This document shows, in pieces, positions 31,195-41,118 of a stretch of 64,000 nucleotides of DNA. The translations under genes and the position numbers were made by a program. The stretch is taken from IMG/VR virus record IMGVR_UViG_3300042691_050947; one strand, given 5' to 3'. The number at the start of each line of letters is the position of its first letter. The stretch's first letter is position 1. The notes beneath the pieces were generated by a model. The model saw only the letters and a list, made by a program, of their open reading frames with translations, did not search any database and was not told the origin of the DNA. This stretch comes from a virus.

Positions 31195-31829
31195 TGGATT
31201 TTACGCATCGTCACCTTAGCATTAACGAATACTTTGATCGGATATTTTATTTGAATCTAGATAAGGACACTAAGCGTAATGACAGTATCCTTAGTCAGTT
31301 TAAAGAAATGGGCATCACAAACTTTGAAAGAGTTGCAGGAAGTGAGGTGGAGGATCTTCCAATGAGAACTAAATATAGAAATTTCATAAAAGATGACTTA
31401 AAATATATTAAGGGTCAACTTGGATGTAGAGAGGCTCACCTATCAGCTATTAGATTAGCTAAGATTCGAGGATATGACCGAATCTTAATATTGGAGGACG
31501 ACGTCACATTTCTAGAAGATCCGTCCGCTCTACTTAATGCCAACCAATGGTTACATAACGATTGGGACATGCTCTATTTTGGTGGATTAGTCGAACCTTT
31601 CTTTAGAAACCAAATAGTTTGTGCCCATGCATATGGAGTAAGCTCAAACCTATTTGATGATATTCTACAGATGGGACCGGCTTCTGGAATGGAAATCGAT
31701 AACTTTTACGCTAAGGTAATTCAGCACATGAGTTATAACCATAATCAGAGCGGTAAGTATAGAATCCGAGTCATCCAACCGTTTAATAGAATAGTGCAGA
31801 ATAAAAATTACGAATCCAACATAGTATGA
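31194..31829 (+). CDS. GT25-like glycosyltransferase
   Basis: YLNLD...R, GCREAH, ILILEDD, WDMLYFG, AHAY and EID motifs. Confidence 0.8.
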   Translation: MDFTHRHLSINEYFDRIFYLNLDKDTKRNDSILSQFKEMGITNFERVAGSEVEDLPMRTKYRNFIKDDLKYIKGQLGCREAHLSAIRLAKIRGYDRILILEDDVTFLEDPSALLNANQWLHNDWDMLYFGGLVEPFFRNQIVCAHAYGVSSNLFDDILQMGPASGMEIDNFYAKVIQHMSYNHNQSGKYRIRVIQPFNRIVQNKNYESNIV

Positions 31830-32641
31830 AAAAGATATTTTTTCAATCATCCCTACCCAGAGCAGGTTCAACCTTGTTACAGAATATCATAGGCCAGAAT
31901 CCAGACTTCTATGTGACTCCTACTTCAGGCGTCCTAGAATTAGTGTATGCTGCCAGAAACAATTACACTAATTCTCCAGAGTTTAAAGCACAGGACTCAT
32001 CCCTGATGCGATCTGGCTTTACTCAGTTCTGTCACGATGGAGTCATAGGATTTTTTAACGGCATTACGAATAAGCCGTACGTCTTGGATAAGAGTCGAGG
32101 TTGGGGAGTACATTATGGATTTCTAAGTTCCTTCTATCCTGAACCCAAAATTATCTGCATGGTCAGGGATCTTAGGGGTATTTTTGCTTCGATGGAGAAA
32201 AACTTTCGTAAGAATCAACACATGGATTCAGGTATCGTTAACCACTCAAACATGACCGGTACGACTACTGAAAAAAGAATCGATATCTGGGCAGGAGGTC
32301 AGCCCGTTGGGCTCGCACTAGAAAGGTTGCAGCAAGTTTTTAAAGAAGGAATAAATGAAAAAATTCTATTTATTAAGTATGAGGATCTAGCAAAAGACCC
32401 GGTACCGGAAATGAAGAAGATATATGAATACTTGGGCATACCTTACTTTAATCATGATTTTAACAATATTGAACAGATCACGCAAGAGGACGATACAGTA
32501 TATGGAATTTATGGAGATCATCAGATTCGTAAAAAACTTGAACCTTTAAAGTCAGACTATAAAGAAGTATTAGGTCAGAGCGCATGCAATTGGATCAAAG
32601 CCAATTATAAGTGGTTCTATGATGAGTTTAAATATTATTAA
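31826..32641 (+). CDS. PAPS-dependent sulfotransferase
   Basis: 5'-PSB loop SLPRAGSTLL, 3'-PB motif RDLRGIFAS, KYEDL..DP. Confidence 0.85.
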   Translation: MKKIFFQSSLPRAGSTLLQNIIGQNPDFYVTPTSGVLELVYAARNNYTNSPEFKAQDSSLMRSGFTQFCHDGVIGFFNGITNKPYVLDKSRGWGVHYGFLSSFYPEPKIICMVRDLRGIFASMEKNFRKNQHMDSGIVNHSNMTGTTTEKRIDIWAGGQPVGLALERLQQVFKEGINEKILFIKYEDLAKDPVPEMKKIYEYLGIPYFNHDFNNIEQITQEDDTVYGIYGDHQIRKKLEPLKSDYKEVLGQSACNWIKANYKWFYDEFKYY

Positions 32642-32652
32642 GTAGCTAATGC

Positions 32653-33069
32653 TTATGCCTTAGTCACCGCATCATCAAGATCAATGATAAACTGAGAAAT
32701 CTCTGCTGCAAAAGTCTCTGAAATATCTGCGAACGGGATCTTTATTTTTTGATTAGTAGACTTATTTCGAATCGGCAATTCAGGCAACCTCTTTCCGTTT
32801 CTACCTGTTCGAATAGTAATCGAATCAGAGTATATCTTAATTAATGGAATTGTTCCGGTGAATCCGGGTTCGGGTTCAGGGCCTTTATCCAAATCCTTTT
32901 TTACTGGTGATAGATAAAGAAGAATCGAATCCACTATTCCTTTATATGATTCTATTTTACTAACATCATACGTCGCATTAATGGATCTTGATTTTGCTAT
33001 GTATTTTGCCATAGAAGATTCACCGTTATTTACAATAGTTAAGTAATCAAAGGTTGGAGTAGCTGCCAT
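32653..33069 (-). CDS. Hypothetical protein
   Basis: 138-aa ORF at the end of the minus-strand fibre operon. Confidence 0.65.
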   Translation of the reverse strand: MAATPTFDYLTIVNNGESSMAKYIAKSRSINATYDVSKIESYKGIVDSILLYLSPVKKDLDKGPEPEPGFTGTIPLIKIYSDSITIRTGRNGKRLPELPIRNKSTNQKIKIPFADISETFAAEISQFIIDLDDAVTKA

Positions 33070-33087
33070 CTAAATTTAATTTTTTTA

Positions 33088-34488
33088 TTAAGGTATTATG
33101 CAAATCATTCCAGAATCGCTCCATAGCATTCCTGAACAGAGTCCAGCAGCACTAGTTGGAATGTTTTTAATTGATAATTGATTTACAAAAGTTGTGCAAG
33201 TTGAATCTGCAGTAATACCTACACCAACGATAAATGAACTTGGATAACCATTCAAGTTATTTGAGCATCCTCCAAGTATTCCAGAATAATCTCCATTTGC
33301 AATATTATTATATCCTCCACTAATAGTAGAATAGATTCCGCTAGCAGTATTACCATATCCTCCACCGACAGTTGAACATCCTCCACTTGCAGAATTGCAA
33401 TATCCTCCAGAAACAGTTGAATATCCTCCACTTGCAGAATTGCAATATCCGCCGCTTACTGTTGAACTCGTTCCATTTGCAGAATTGCAATATCCGCCGC
33501 TTACTATTGAGTGAGAGTTAGTTGCAGCATTACCATATCCTCCACCGACAGTTGAACATCCTCCACTTGCAGAATTCAAATATCCGCCGCCTACTGTTGA
33601 GTAAGAACTACTTGCAGTATTATCACATCCTCCAGAAACAGTTGAATAATATCCACTAGCCGTATTGCTATATCCGCCGCCTACTGTTGAGTGAGAATTG
33701 GTTGCAGAATTCAAACGTCCTCCTCCAATGGTCGACCAATTGTATCCGCTTGCAGTATTGCCGGATCCTCCTCCGATCGTTGAATAGTTTCCGCTTGCAG
33801 TATTATTAGATCCTCCTCCGATCGATTCACAACCATAGTATGAGCTAGCAGTATTTCCATATCCTCCGCTAATTGTCGAGTACCCATAATCTGAACTTAC
33901 TGTGTTACTATTTCCTCCACCAATGGTCGAGTATGCTGCGCTATTAGTATTAGTTAGTCCTCCACCAATGGTCGAACCTACACCAGTTGCTAAATTTCCA
34001 TATCCTCCGCTAATTGTTGATGCGATGTTTGAAGAAACGTTATTATATCCTCCAGAAACGGTTGAATAGTCTAGAGATGCATCATTATATGCTCCTCCAG
34101 CAACAGTCGAATAATATCCACTAGCAGTATTAATGTATCCTCCGCCTACGAAATTAAGATCTCCCGCTCCTCCTGCAGTGTTTCCATATCCTCCACTGAC
34201 CGTTGAAGCATATCCGCTAGCAGTATTAGTATATCCGCCAGAAACAGTAGAATAGTCTCCACTTGCCGTGTTATTATTATCGATTCGATAAGTAGAATTT
34301 GCTCCTGAATCAACGTCAATTACTCCTCCTCCACCTTCAACCACACTGATTGTTCCAGTTGAGTCCATTTTAGAAAGCGTGCCCGCCGTGTCTAAATCAA
34401 ATCCTATAAAGTAACTGCCTGCAGGTATTTGAGAAAAATCAATTGATGCAAACGATACTCTTGGTAATTCTATTCCAGATCCGTACAT
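33088..34488 (-). CDS. Gly/Ser/Asn-rich 15-residue repeat fibre/adhesin protein (UspA1/YadA-head-like beta-roll)
   Basis: More than 20 copies of N-T-A-S-G-x-x-S-T-V-x-G-G-x-x; C-terminal NIPTS...W cap. Confidence 0.75.
   Translation of the reverse strand: MYGSGIELPRVSFASIDFSQIPAGSYFIGFDLDTAGTLSKMDSTGTISVVEGGGGVIDVDSGANSTYRIDNNNTASGDYSTVSGGYTNTASGYASTVSGGYGNTAGGAGDLNFVGGGYINTASGYYSTVAGGAYNDASLDYSTVSGGYNNVSSNIASTISGGYGNLATGVGSTIGGGLTNTNSAAYSTIGGGNSNTVSSDYGYSTISGGYGNTASSYYGCESIGGGSNNTASGNYSTIGGGSGNTASGYNWSTIGGGRLNSATNSHSTVGGGYSNTASGYYSTVSGGCDNTASSSYSTVGGGYLNSASGGCSTVGGGYGNAATNSHSIVSGGYCNSANGTSSTVSGGYCNSASGGYSTVSGGYCNSASGGCSTVGGGYGNTASGIYSTISGGYNNIANGDYSGILGGCSNNLNGYPSSFIVGVGITADSTCTTFVNQLSIKNIPTSAAGLCSGMLWSDSGMICIIP
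33349..33576. repeat. Exact 48-bp direct repeat within a 45-bp-periodic coding repeat
   Basis: ATTACCATATCCTCCACCGACAGTTGAACATCCTCCACTTGCAGAATT at 33349-33396 and 33529-33576, 180 bp apart. Confidence 0.85.
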
Positions 34489-34515
34489 GTATCTCTATTT
34501 TATTTTTATTTATTT

Positions 34516-36057
34516 TTAAACTATCTTCAATACGCATGAATCGCTCCAAACCATTCCAGTAATTCCTGGATTTGTTGTAGGTATATTCATAATTGCTAAA
34601 CAGTTTACGTGGAATGTGCATGCTGCAATTGAAGTGATGCTGCATCCAAATATTCCTGAATAACTACATGTAGCCGAGTTATCTGTCCCTCCAAGGATAG
34701 CTGAACATGCTCCACTAGCCGTGTTATTTCTTCCTCCAGCAATAGTTGAGGCGCCGTTACTTGCAGTGTTGTTACATCCACCAGAAACGGTTGAACCTGT
34801 TCCACTTGAAGTATTTGATTTTCCTCCAGCCGAGATTGATGCATATCCGCTCGCAGTATTTCCTGCACCTCCAAGAATAGCTGACCATGATGAATTTGCA
34901 GTATTCCATAGGGCTGCACACGATCCTCCTCCTCCTCCTATGACTGAAAGTGTTCCGCTAGCAGTATTACCTCGACCTCCACCAATTGTTGCACAATATG
35001 TACTTGCCGTATTATTACAGCCTCCAGCGATTGTTGAAGCAAGTCCACTTGCAATATTACATCGACCTCCTCCAAGTGATGACCATGCTCCGGTACCACA
35101 TGCTATGTTAAACTCTCCTCCACTGACAGTTGAACCAGTAGAATATACGGCATTCGATTTACCTCCGCCAATCGTTGAATAAAATGAGCTTGCGGTATTA
35201 CAATATCCTCCACTTATTACTGAACCGTTTCCGCAAGTAAAGTTTGCAACATTATTGCATCCTCCTCCAACAACCGAAGCTATTCCACTTGAACAGTTAT
35301 TACAGCCTCCGCCAATAAATGATATGCACCCACTTGAAACATTATTACAGCCTCCACCAACCGTTGAAAAATAATTACTTGCCGTGTTGATAGCTCCGCC
35401 GCCGACTGTTGAAAGGTATCCGCTTGCCGTGTTACTATCGCCGCCGCCAACAGTTGAAAAATTTCCACTTGATGTATTATATGATCCGCCAACTGTCGAA
35501 TAGTCTCCGCTTGCAGTGTTAGAATATCCTCCACTCACAGTCGAACCGCCTCCACTTGAAGTGTTACACTGACCTCCGCCTACTGTTGACCAAGTCCCGG
35601 ATGCAGTACCACACTTCCCGCCAAGTATTCCAGAATAGCTTCCGCTAGCTGTGTTACAATATCCGCCACTAACGGTTGAACCGTTTCCACTTGCGAAGTT
35701 ATTACATCCGCCAGAAATAGTTGAATAATTCCCAGTCGTAGTGCTTCCTTTACCGCCGCCGATCGTTGAAGTATAACCACTTGCGGTGTTGGCGCATCCA
35801 CCAGAAATAGTTGAATAATTTCCATTGGCAGTATTATTGTTATTAATTCGATATGTTGACCCTGTACCTGAACCAGCATCTATAATCACACTACCTCCTC
35901 CACCTAATTGATACTCACAGCCATTATCAGCCAAATAGTACCATAGCTTGTCTGACTTAGGATACATTTTACTATATCCACTTTCAGGAGTCGATGGTTG
36001 GCTGCTTACCGTTTTGTGCTGGTCGATACTAAGTTTTTTCTTTCCGCTGTATGCCAT
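34516..36057 (-). CDS. Second, Cys-rich 15-residue repeat fibre/adhesin protein (paralogue of 33088-34488)
   Basis: Same repeat; shared STYRI(D/N)NNNTA entry and NIPT...WSDS C terminus; about 25 Cys by manual count. Confidence 0.75.
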   Translation of the reverse strand: MAYSGKKKLSIDQHKTVSSQPSTPESGYSKMYPKSDKLWYYLADNGCEYQLGGGGSVIIDAGSGTGSTYRINNNNTANGNYSTISGGCANTASGYTSTIGGGKGSTTTGNYSTISGGCNNFASGNGSTVSGGYCNTASGSYSGILGGKCGTASGTWSTVGGGQCNTSSGGGSTVSGGYSNTASGDYSTVGGSYNTSSGNFSTVGGGDSNTASGYLSTVGGGAINTASNYFSTVGGGCNNVSSGCISFIGGGCNNCSSGIASVVGGGCNNVANFTCGNGSVISGGYCNTASSFYSTIGGGKSNAVYSTGSTVSGGEFNIACGTGAWSSLGGGRCNIASGLASTIAGGCNNTASTYCATIGGGRGNTASGTLSVIGGGGGSCAALWNTANSSWSAILGGAGNTASGYASISAGGKSNTSSGTGSTVSGGCNNTASNGASTIAGGRNNTASGACSAILGGTDNSATCSYSGIFGCSITSIAACTFHVNCLAIMNIPTTNPGITGMVWSDSCVLKIV

Positions 36058-36063
36058 GTCTTA

Positions 36064-36957
36064 TTATATTTTTGCCTGAAGTACGATCTTACCGCTAGAT
36101 ATTGCACCAGTAGAAACGATCTCAATTGAATTATCGTCAAGGTGTTGAATGTCAACATCTACTAGAGTATCTCCATCCCTAACACTATATACAAAGTCTT
36201 TAGTGCCCAATCCGTGAGTTATTGTTAGAGGTACTAGAGCAGTTGCTACAAAGTTTTGAACTACTACTTGCATGCTTGTGCCAGTTGCTAGATTAACCAC
36301 CTTAACTATTCCTGAACCAAGATTGTTTATTTGACCTGAGCCGGAAATAATTAAGGTTCCGTTTGCAATGACCAGTTCTCCATAGTTATTTACGATTCCC
36401 TCCACCGTAAAGTTACCGTATATCCAATATTGATAATCATCTTGAATGGTTAGGATCTCACCAGAATCAATTACTTTCTTGTGACCTCCATTTCCACCAA
36501 TGGATCCAAATCCACCAGTTAAACTAACCCAGCCTCTATCTTGAAGATAGCCGATAAAGTCTTCTCCAAATACAGGATCTAGTCCAGCAACTCCGGTGTA
36601 TACCATCTCTCCCGGAACACCGACTGCTGGATAGGTTGGAAAATCAGTAAACCTTTGTCGTTGAGTCTCAGCGACGTCAACCAATAGAGATTTACCGACT
36701 GCGTTACCCGCAGAAGTAATCGTGAAAGTTGGAATGCTACTTTGAGAGATTGTGAGCTGATTCGTGATCTCGGCAAGAGCAAAGGTACCTGAATAGAGGG
36801 AAAAAGAATTAGTTATCTCATCATAACTAATGTTATCTAAGAATTCTAAGTTTGCATCAGATAGACTTTTAAAATTTAAGTTCGTCACGTCGATAAGCGA
36901 AGTCAAACTTGAATTAGTCAAGCGGCGAATCGTCTGTAAATTATTATAGATTGCCAT
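36064..36957 (-). CDS. Putative structural / fibre-attachment protein
   Basis: 297 aa; TITHGLGT C-terminal module typical of fibre proteins; minus-strand ATAAATA at 36980-36986. Confidence 0.55.
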   Translation of the reverse strand: MAIYNNLQTIRRLTNSSLTSLIDVTNLNFKSLSDANLEFLDNISYDEITNSFSLYSGTFALAEITNQLTISQSSIPTFTITSAGNAVGKSLLVDVAETQRQRFTDFPTYPAVGVPGEMVYTGVAGLDPVFGEDFIGYLQDRGWVSLTGGFGSIGGNGGHKKVIDSGEILTIQDDYQYWIYGNFTVEGIVNNYGELVIANGTLIISGSGQINNLGSGIVKVVNLATGTSMQVVVQNFVATALVPLTITHGLGTKDFVYSVRDGDTLVDVDIQHLDDNSIEIVSTGAISSGKIVLQAKI

Positions 36958-37027
36958 TCTATAGTTATTTTATTTTTGTTATTTATCTTTTAAAATAAAT
37001 AGGAAAAAATACTTGAGTATCGCTCTC

Positions 37028-38401
37028 CTATCGATTTATGATCCTCGTAGATTTATCAATCTCTGAATTCAAAGTAAACTTTCCTCTATTTACTAGACAC
37101 TCAACTAGGGTCGCATTTATAGTTTTAGTATCCGGATTATCTAAAAAACTAGATGAAATTTCGTTCGACTCGCCCAAATACTCACAATCAATTAATTTAG
37201 AAAACTTGATCAAGTTATTTGAGAACATTGAGCAATCTTCAAGCTTAGAGTTACGAATGATACAGTTTTCAAAAAGACAGTTCTTAACGTCACCCTCGAC
37301 CCTACAGCCAAAAAATTCAACCCCTTCCAATAAGATGCTTCTTTTAAGTTCAGCGTCCTTTACTTGGAGTCTAGCTCTTCTGGTATCATAATTAATGGTT
37401 GCCTCAGTTATTCCTCCGCCCACAATGAGTCGAAAAATCTTTTCCCTGATTCTAGGATAGACTGCTTCTAATAGGTGAGGTGCCTGGTTTAAGTCAACGT
37501 GTAGAGAAATACCGGGAAAAGTTGATCTAAGTCCAAGAAGAGATCGAGTTCCGTCTATTGCTGATCGAAAGTCCCTAACCATCTCCGAAATTTTAATTTT
37601 TTCCTGGTTTGAATATGAATAGTTTTCAGTTAGAGTCTGGTACGCATGCTCGATCACAATATTTAAAGTCTCAACCGCCTCCTTCTTTTTTCGAGTGTAT
37701 TCTTTTCCGGAAATATAGTTTACAACGAGTTTTCCGCTAGCCAATTGAGAAAAGTCAGTGGCAAAAAAATCAGATTCGGGAAAATTTAGCTCAATCGTAT
37801 CTCCACGTTCAACTATCGATTCAGTTAAGACCATGTCATACAACCTTTTGGGCTGGACGTATTGAAAGTGATTTTGATAAATTAACTTATTTTCATTCTC
37901 TGGCTGAGGCCATAACTCAAATAGTCTCTTTTCATCTAGACTTATTAAATACTTTAACCTGTTTAGTTTTTGCATGCCGACTGGCAATTGTAGGGCATTC
38001 TCATTAAGTTTTATGGTAGTCTTTACGCGACATCGATCCGTGGTAAAGCCTATCGCTTCGATTATGTTTGATGCTTTTAAGTACATGTGAATCGCCTCTT
38101 GATAAGGAAGCATGCCAGTACTAAGCTGCATTTCCTTGTACCCGTTAGAATATGTAGGTGATAACTTAAAGGTTTCATTGGTGGGATTAAAGTCGTTTTT
38201 TACATCACTAAACCACCTTACCTTTTTTCCAAGTGACCTGGAGATCTTTGCGGCAGCATCCATTTTTCTCATCGGTGAAAAAAATTCAAAACTAAATGAA
38301 ATTTGAGTATTATCGTAAATGCTTTTTTTATCTAGCGATTTAAACATTAGCCTAGTTTTCTTTATTCTATTTATCTTATCAAATCCTTTATAGAAACTCA
38401 A
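37028..38401 (-). CDS. Degenerate amidoligase-like N-terminal domain plus beta-helix C terminus
   Basis: FSFEFF, MQLSTGMLPY and TTDRC resemble phage COOH-NH2 ligase motifs; C-terminal pentapeptide-like repeats (NCLFENCIIRNSKLEDC). Start may be ATG 38347 rather than TTG 38401. Confidence 0.5.
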   Translation of the reverse strand: MSFYKGFDKINRIKKTRLMFKSLDKKSIYDNTQISFSFEFFSPMRKMDAAAKISRSLGKKVRWFSDVKNDFNPTNETFKLSPTYSNGYKEMQLSTGMLPYQEAIHMYLKASNIIEAIGFTTDRCRVKTTIKLNENALQLPVGMQKLNRLKYLISLDEKRLFELWPQPENENKLIYQNHFQYVQPKRLYDMVLTESIVERGDTIELNFPESDFFATDFSQLASGKLVVNYISGKEYTRKKKEAVETLNIVIEHAYQTLTENYSYSNQEKIKISEMVRDFRSAIDGTRSLLGLRSTFPGISLHVDLNQAPHLLEAVYPRIREKIFRLIVGGGITEATINYDTRRARLQVKDAELKRSILLEGVEFFGCRVEGDVKNCLFENCIIRNSKLEDCSMFSNNLIKFSKLIDCEYLGESNEISSSFLDNPDTKTINATLVECLVNRGKFTLNSEIDKSTRIINR

Positions 38402-38463
38402 GTATTAAATAAATAGATCTGTATTGAAGATAAATGGATAAATAAAATAAATAAAGTTGCTAC

Positions 38464-40128
38464 ATGGCAAAAGTCACAGACAATTTTAAAGTATTTACTA
38501 GACTCAGCTTATATGTTGAAGATCTACTCGCACAAACGATAAATTACTTAACAACTAAGTTTAGCCAAAGTAAATCAATCTTTACTTCCGCATCGCCATT
38601 TGGCCAGCTATTATTAGTAGTTGAGAACCTAACGCAATTGGTTTTTTACTATATTGAGGACTCGATCACTGAACTTAACATTAATGAGGCAACTCGACTG
38701 ACTTCAGTATATTCACTTGCTACTTTGGCTGGACACAATCCAAGCCGTGCAGTATCAGCGGTCGGTGAAATCAGCATATCCACCATTCCGGGAGCAGGCG
38801 AACCTCCTACCGATTTTGTGATCATACCTAATCTTACTCGAGTTAGATGCCAAAATAATGGACTTGTTTATGTCTTAGACCTTCCTCAAGACGAGATAAA
38901 ATTTTCATTCAACGGAACGACCAATGGTCTTCGAATAGGAATTAGACAGGGAATCATTGAGTCACAGACCTTAACCGCAAAGGGTGAGCCGGTGGAAAGC
39001 TTTTCAGTCGGAAGCCCTCAAAACTACTACATCGATAATTTCATGGTAAATGTTCACGTAAATGGAGAAAAGTGGACAAAATACGATTCCATGCTTGACA
39101 TGCCTAGGGGAGAAAAAGCATACATGATTAAAACCGGAATAACTAGCGGAGTCGATCTTTATTTTGGAAACGGCAATTTTGGAAAGATACCTCCAAGAGG
39201 ATCTGATATTCTAGTGGAATATTTAGTCACGGAAGGATCAAACGGAAACATTCGAACAAATGATATGTCAAGCATCAAGTTTGAATTCATTGATACTGGA
39301 TTCAGCATACTTGGAGAAGAGATAAACCTAAACGAGTATATCAAGATCACCACTACAAACGCTCCATTTTTTGGTAGCAATTCGGAAGACTCTAAATTAA
39401 CTAGATTACTCGCACCAAAGCAGTCTAAAAGTTTTGCGCTAGTTAATGTCGATCACTATGAGAGCGTGCTTAGAAAATTAAAACTTTTCTCAATAATTAA
39501 CGTTTCGATCGATAGCGTTGACTCTAGAATGATAAACCTATTTCTTATACCGGACATTAGAAAGACTTTTAGTCTAGCTCAAGATTACTTTAGCGCAGAC
39601 ATCGATCGTTTTATAATGAACGACTATCAGAAAAATCAGTTATTACAATACATTGAAAAATCTGGAAGCAAACTAATTTCTACGGACGTTCAGATAATTG
39701 ATCCCATTCCTAGCGAATATGTGATAAACACATCGATCATAGCATTCGATGATGTTTCGATAGACATCATTAAACGAGACATCTTAAATAAGTTGGGTGA
39801 ATATTTCATCCAAAATACTAGGCTTACCCGAATACCAAAGAGCGATCTAATTAAGATTATTGAGGAAATAAATGGAGTTGACTCAGTTTCAATCAACATC
39901 GTCTCAAAGAAGAATGAGCTATTAAAAATTCAAAAACCAAGCGCAGCAGACATAGGAATTGATGAGTTTAACGACATAATAGTAGATTATCAGGAGCTTC
40001 CATTAATTAGAGGAGGATTCACAGATAGGTATGGAAATGTCTATTCTGCTGGAATCACTGAGGACTCATTAGGACCAGTAAACATTCAGGTCAAGGATAT
40101 TGTTCCTAGACCAAAAAACATTAATTAA
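38464..40128 (+). CDS. Baseplate wedge subunit (T4 gp6 / baseplate J-like)
   Basis: LYFGNGNFGKIP...VEYLVTEGSNGN, EATRLTSVYSLATLAGHNP and IEEINGVDSV motifs. Confidence 0.8.
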   Translation: MAKVTDNFKVFTRLSLYVEDLLAQTINYLTTKFSQSKSIFTSASPFGQLLLVVENLTQLVFYYIEDSITELNINEATRLTSVYSLATLAGHNPSRAVSAVGEISISTIPGAGEPPTDFVIIPNLTRVRCQNNGLVYVLDLPQDEIKFSFNGTTNGLRIGIRQGIIESQTLTAKGEPVESFSVGSPQNYYIDNFMVNVHVNGEKWTKYDSMLDMPRGEKAYMIKTGITSGVDLYFGNGNFGKIPPRGSDILVEYLVTEGSNGNIRTNDMSSIKFEFIDTGFSILGEEINLNEYIKITTTNAPFFGSNSEDSKLTRLLAPKQSKSFALVNVDHYESVLRKLKLFSIINVSIDSVDSRMINLFLIPDIRKTFSLAQDYFSADIDRFIMNDYQKNQLLQYIEKSGSKLISTDVQIIDPIPSEYVINTSIIAFDDVSIDIIKRDILNKLGEYFIQNTRLTRIPKSDLIKIIEEINGVDSVSINIVSKKNELLKIQKPSAADIGIDEFNDIIVDYQELPLIRGGFTDRYGNVYSAGITEDSLGPVNIQVKDIVPRPKNIN

Positions 40129-40129
40129 C

Positions 40130-40375
40130 ATGGTAAAAGAAAGCATATATCGTCCCATATTTGAACGAAGAGAAAAAAGGATAAACATGGGTTTTAATTA
40201 TAAGGGACAAATCTTAAAAAAGACTCTTTCTTCTCAAATGTTTGGGGCTCACCCTCTGCTAGATTATCTATTGGATCAGGTTGAGAAGATCGTATATGAA
40301 TGGGTAGAAGCAGTTAAGCAGATCAAGATCAACGCTAATCCTGCATTAGATAAGTACGAAAATAAAATTAGATAA
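40130..40375 (+). CDS. Hypothetical protein
   Basis: Start moved to ATG 40130, 1 nt after the previous stop. Confidence 0.65.
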   Translation: MVKESIYRPIFERREKRINMGFNYKGQILKKTLSSQMFGAHPLLDYLLDQVEKIVYEWVEAVKQIKINANPALDKYENKIR

Positions 40376-40379
40376 ATTA

Positions 40380-41114
40380 ATGGGTAGCAGTAAATCAGGA
40401 ATGGGCCGAGAAAATCGTGCTCACCTCAGAGACGAGATTCAGTCCCTATTAAGTTCGATCGGAACTGAAACTCATGGAGACATGGTAATCGATAACGAGA
40501 TCTCAGAAAAGACTAGGCCTGAAAGTCCATATGACTTTGAGGAAATGAGCAATCAATTTACGGTAAAAGCTAGAGAGATCACCGATTCTCTATTTAAGAA
40601 CTTTGTGGACATTGGAATTTTTGAAAAGAACGATTATGCTCGACACAAAAAGGAACTTGATACTATCAATATTTCAAACCTTTTCTTTCAATTAAAAACA
40701 ATAAAGATCACCATCATTAAGGTGATGGAAGAGATAACTTCGGGTAACACTCATCCTCGATTAATTGAGGTCATGGGCCAATTACAGGACAAGATGGCAT
40801 CGATAACCAAGATGCAGGCAAATTACGTTCTATTTCTTGAAGATACTTATCGTCAATTAAATTCAGCCGCACCAATCAATCCAGATTCAGAAATAATCGA
40901 TTCTAGTTCAAGTGAGGGACAGTTTTTTATTACGGTAGGTACCAAAAACCTAATAAATACCTTACCTGATGAACCCAAGTCGACTGACATTAAAGTACCT
41001 ACTGGAAGTTTATTGGACCCATCTAATAAATCAGAATTGATGAGAGAAAGAAATATTGAACTTACTGATGATGAGGCGGACGATGATTTTATGGATATAA
41101 ACGAAATAATTTAA
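40380..41114 (+). CDS. Terminase small subunit (T4 gp16-like), putative
   Basis: HPRLIEVMGQL and FITVGTKNLI resemble gp16 PRxxEV and FxGSTxxL; directly upstream of the large subunit. Confidence 0.6.
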   Translation: MGSSKSGMGRENRAHLRDEIQSLLSSIGTETHGDMVIDNEISEKTRPESPYDFEEMSNQFTVKAREITDSLFKNFVDIGIFEKNDYARHKKELDTINISNLFFQLKTIKITIIKVMEEITSGNTHPRLIEVMGQLQDKMASITKMQANYVLFLEDTYRQLNSAAPINPDSEIIDSSSSEGQFFITVGTKNLINTLPDEPKSTDIKVPTGSLLDPSNKSELMRERNIELTDDEADDDFMDINEII

Positions 41115-41118
41115 TAGT

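Noticed and set aside
30304-32641. Host LPS locus contamination or a prophage boundary
   Set aside because: Flanked directly by phage structural genes with similar composition and tight spacing; no integrase or att site seen.
33088-36057. 45-bp periodic repeats as a CRISPR array or diversity-generating retroelement target
   Set aside because: The repeats are in-frame coding units varying at synonymous sites, with no repeat-spacer structure. No reverse transcriptase or adenine-specific template/variable pair was seen.
33088-36057. Ice-nucleation protein
   Set aside because: The period is 15 residues with STVxGG, not the 16-residue AGYGST repeat.
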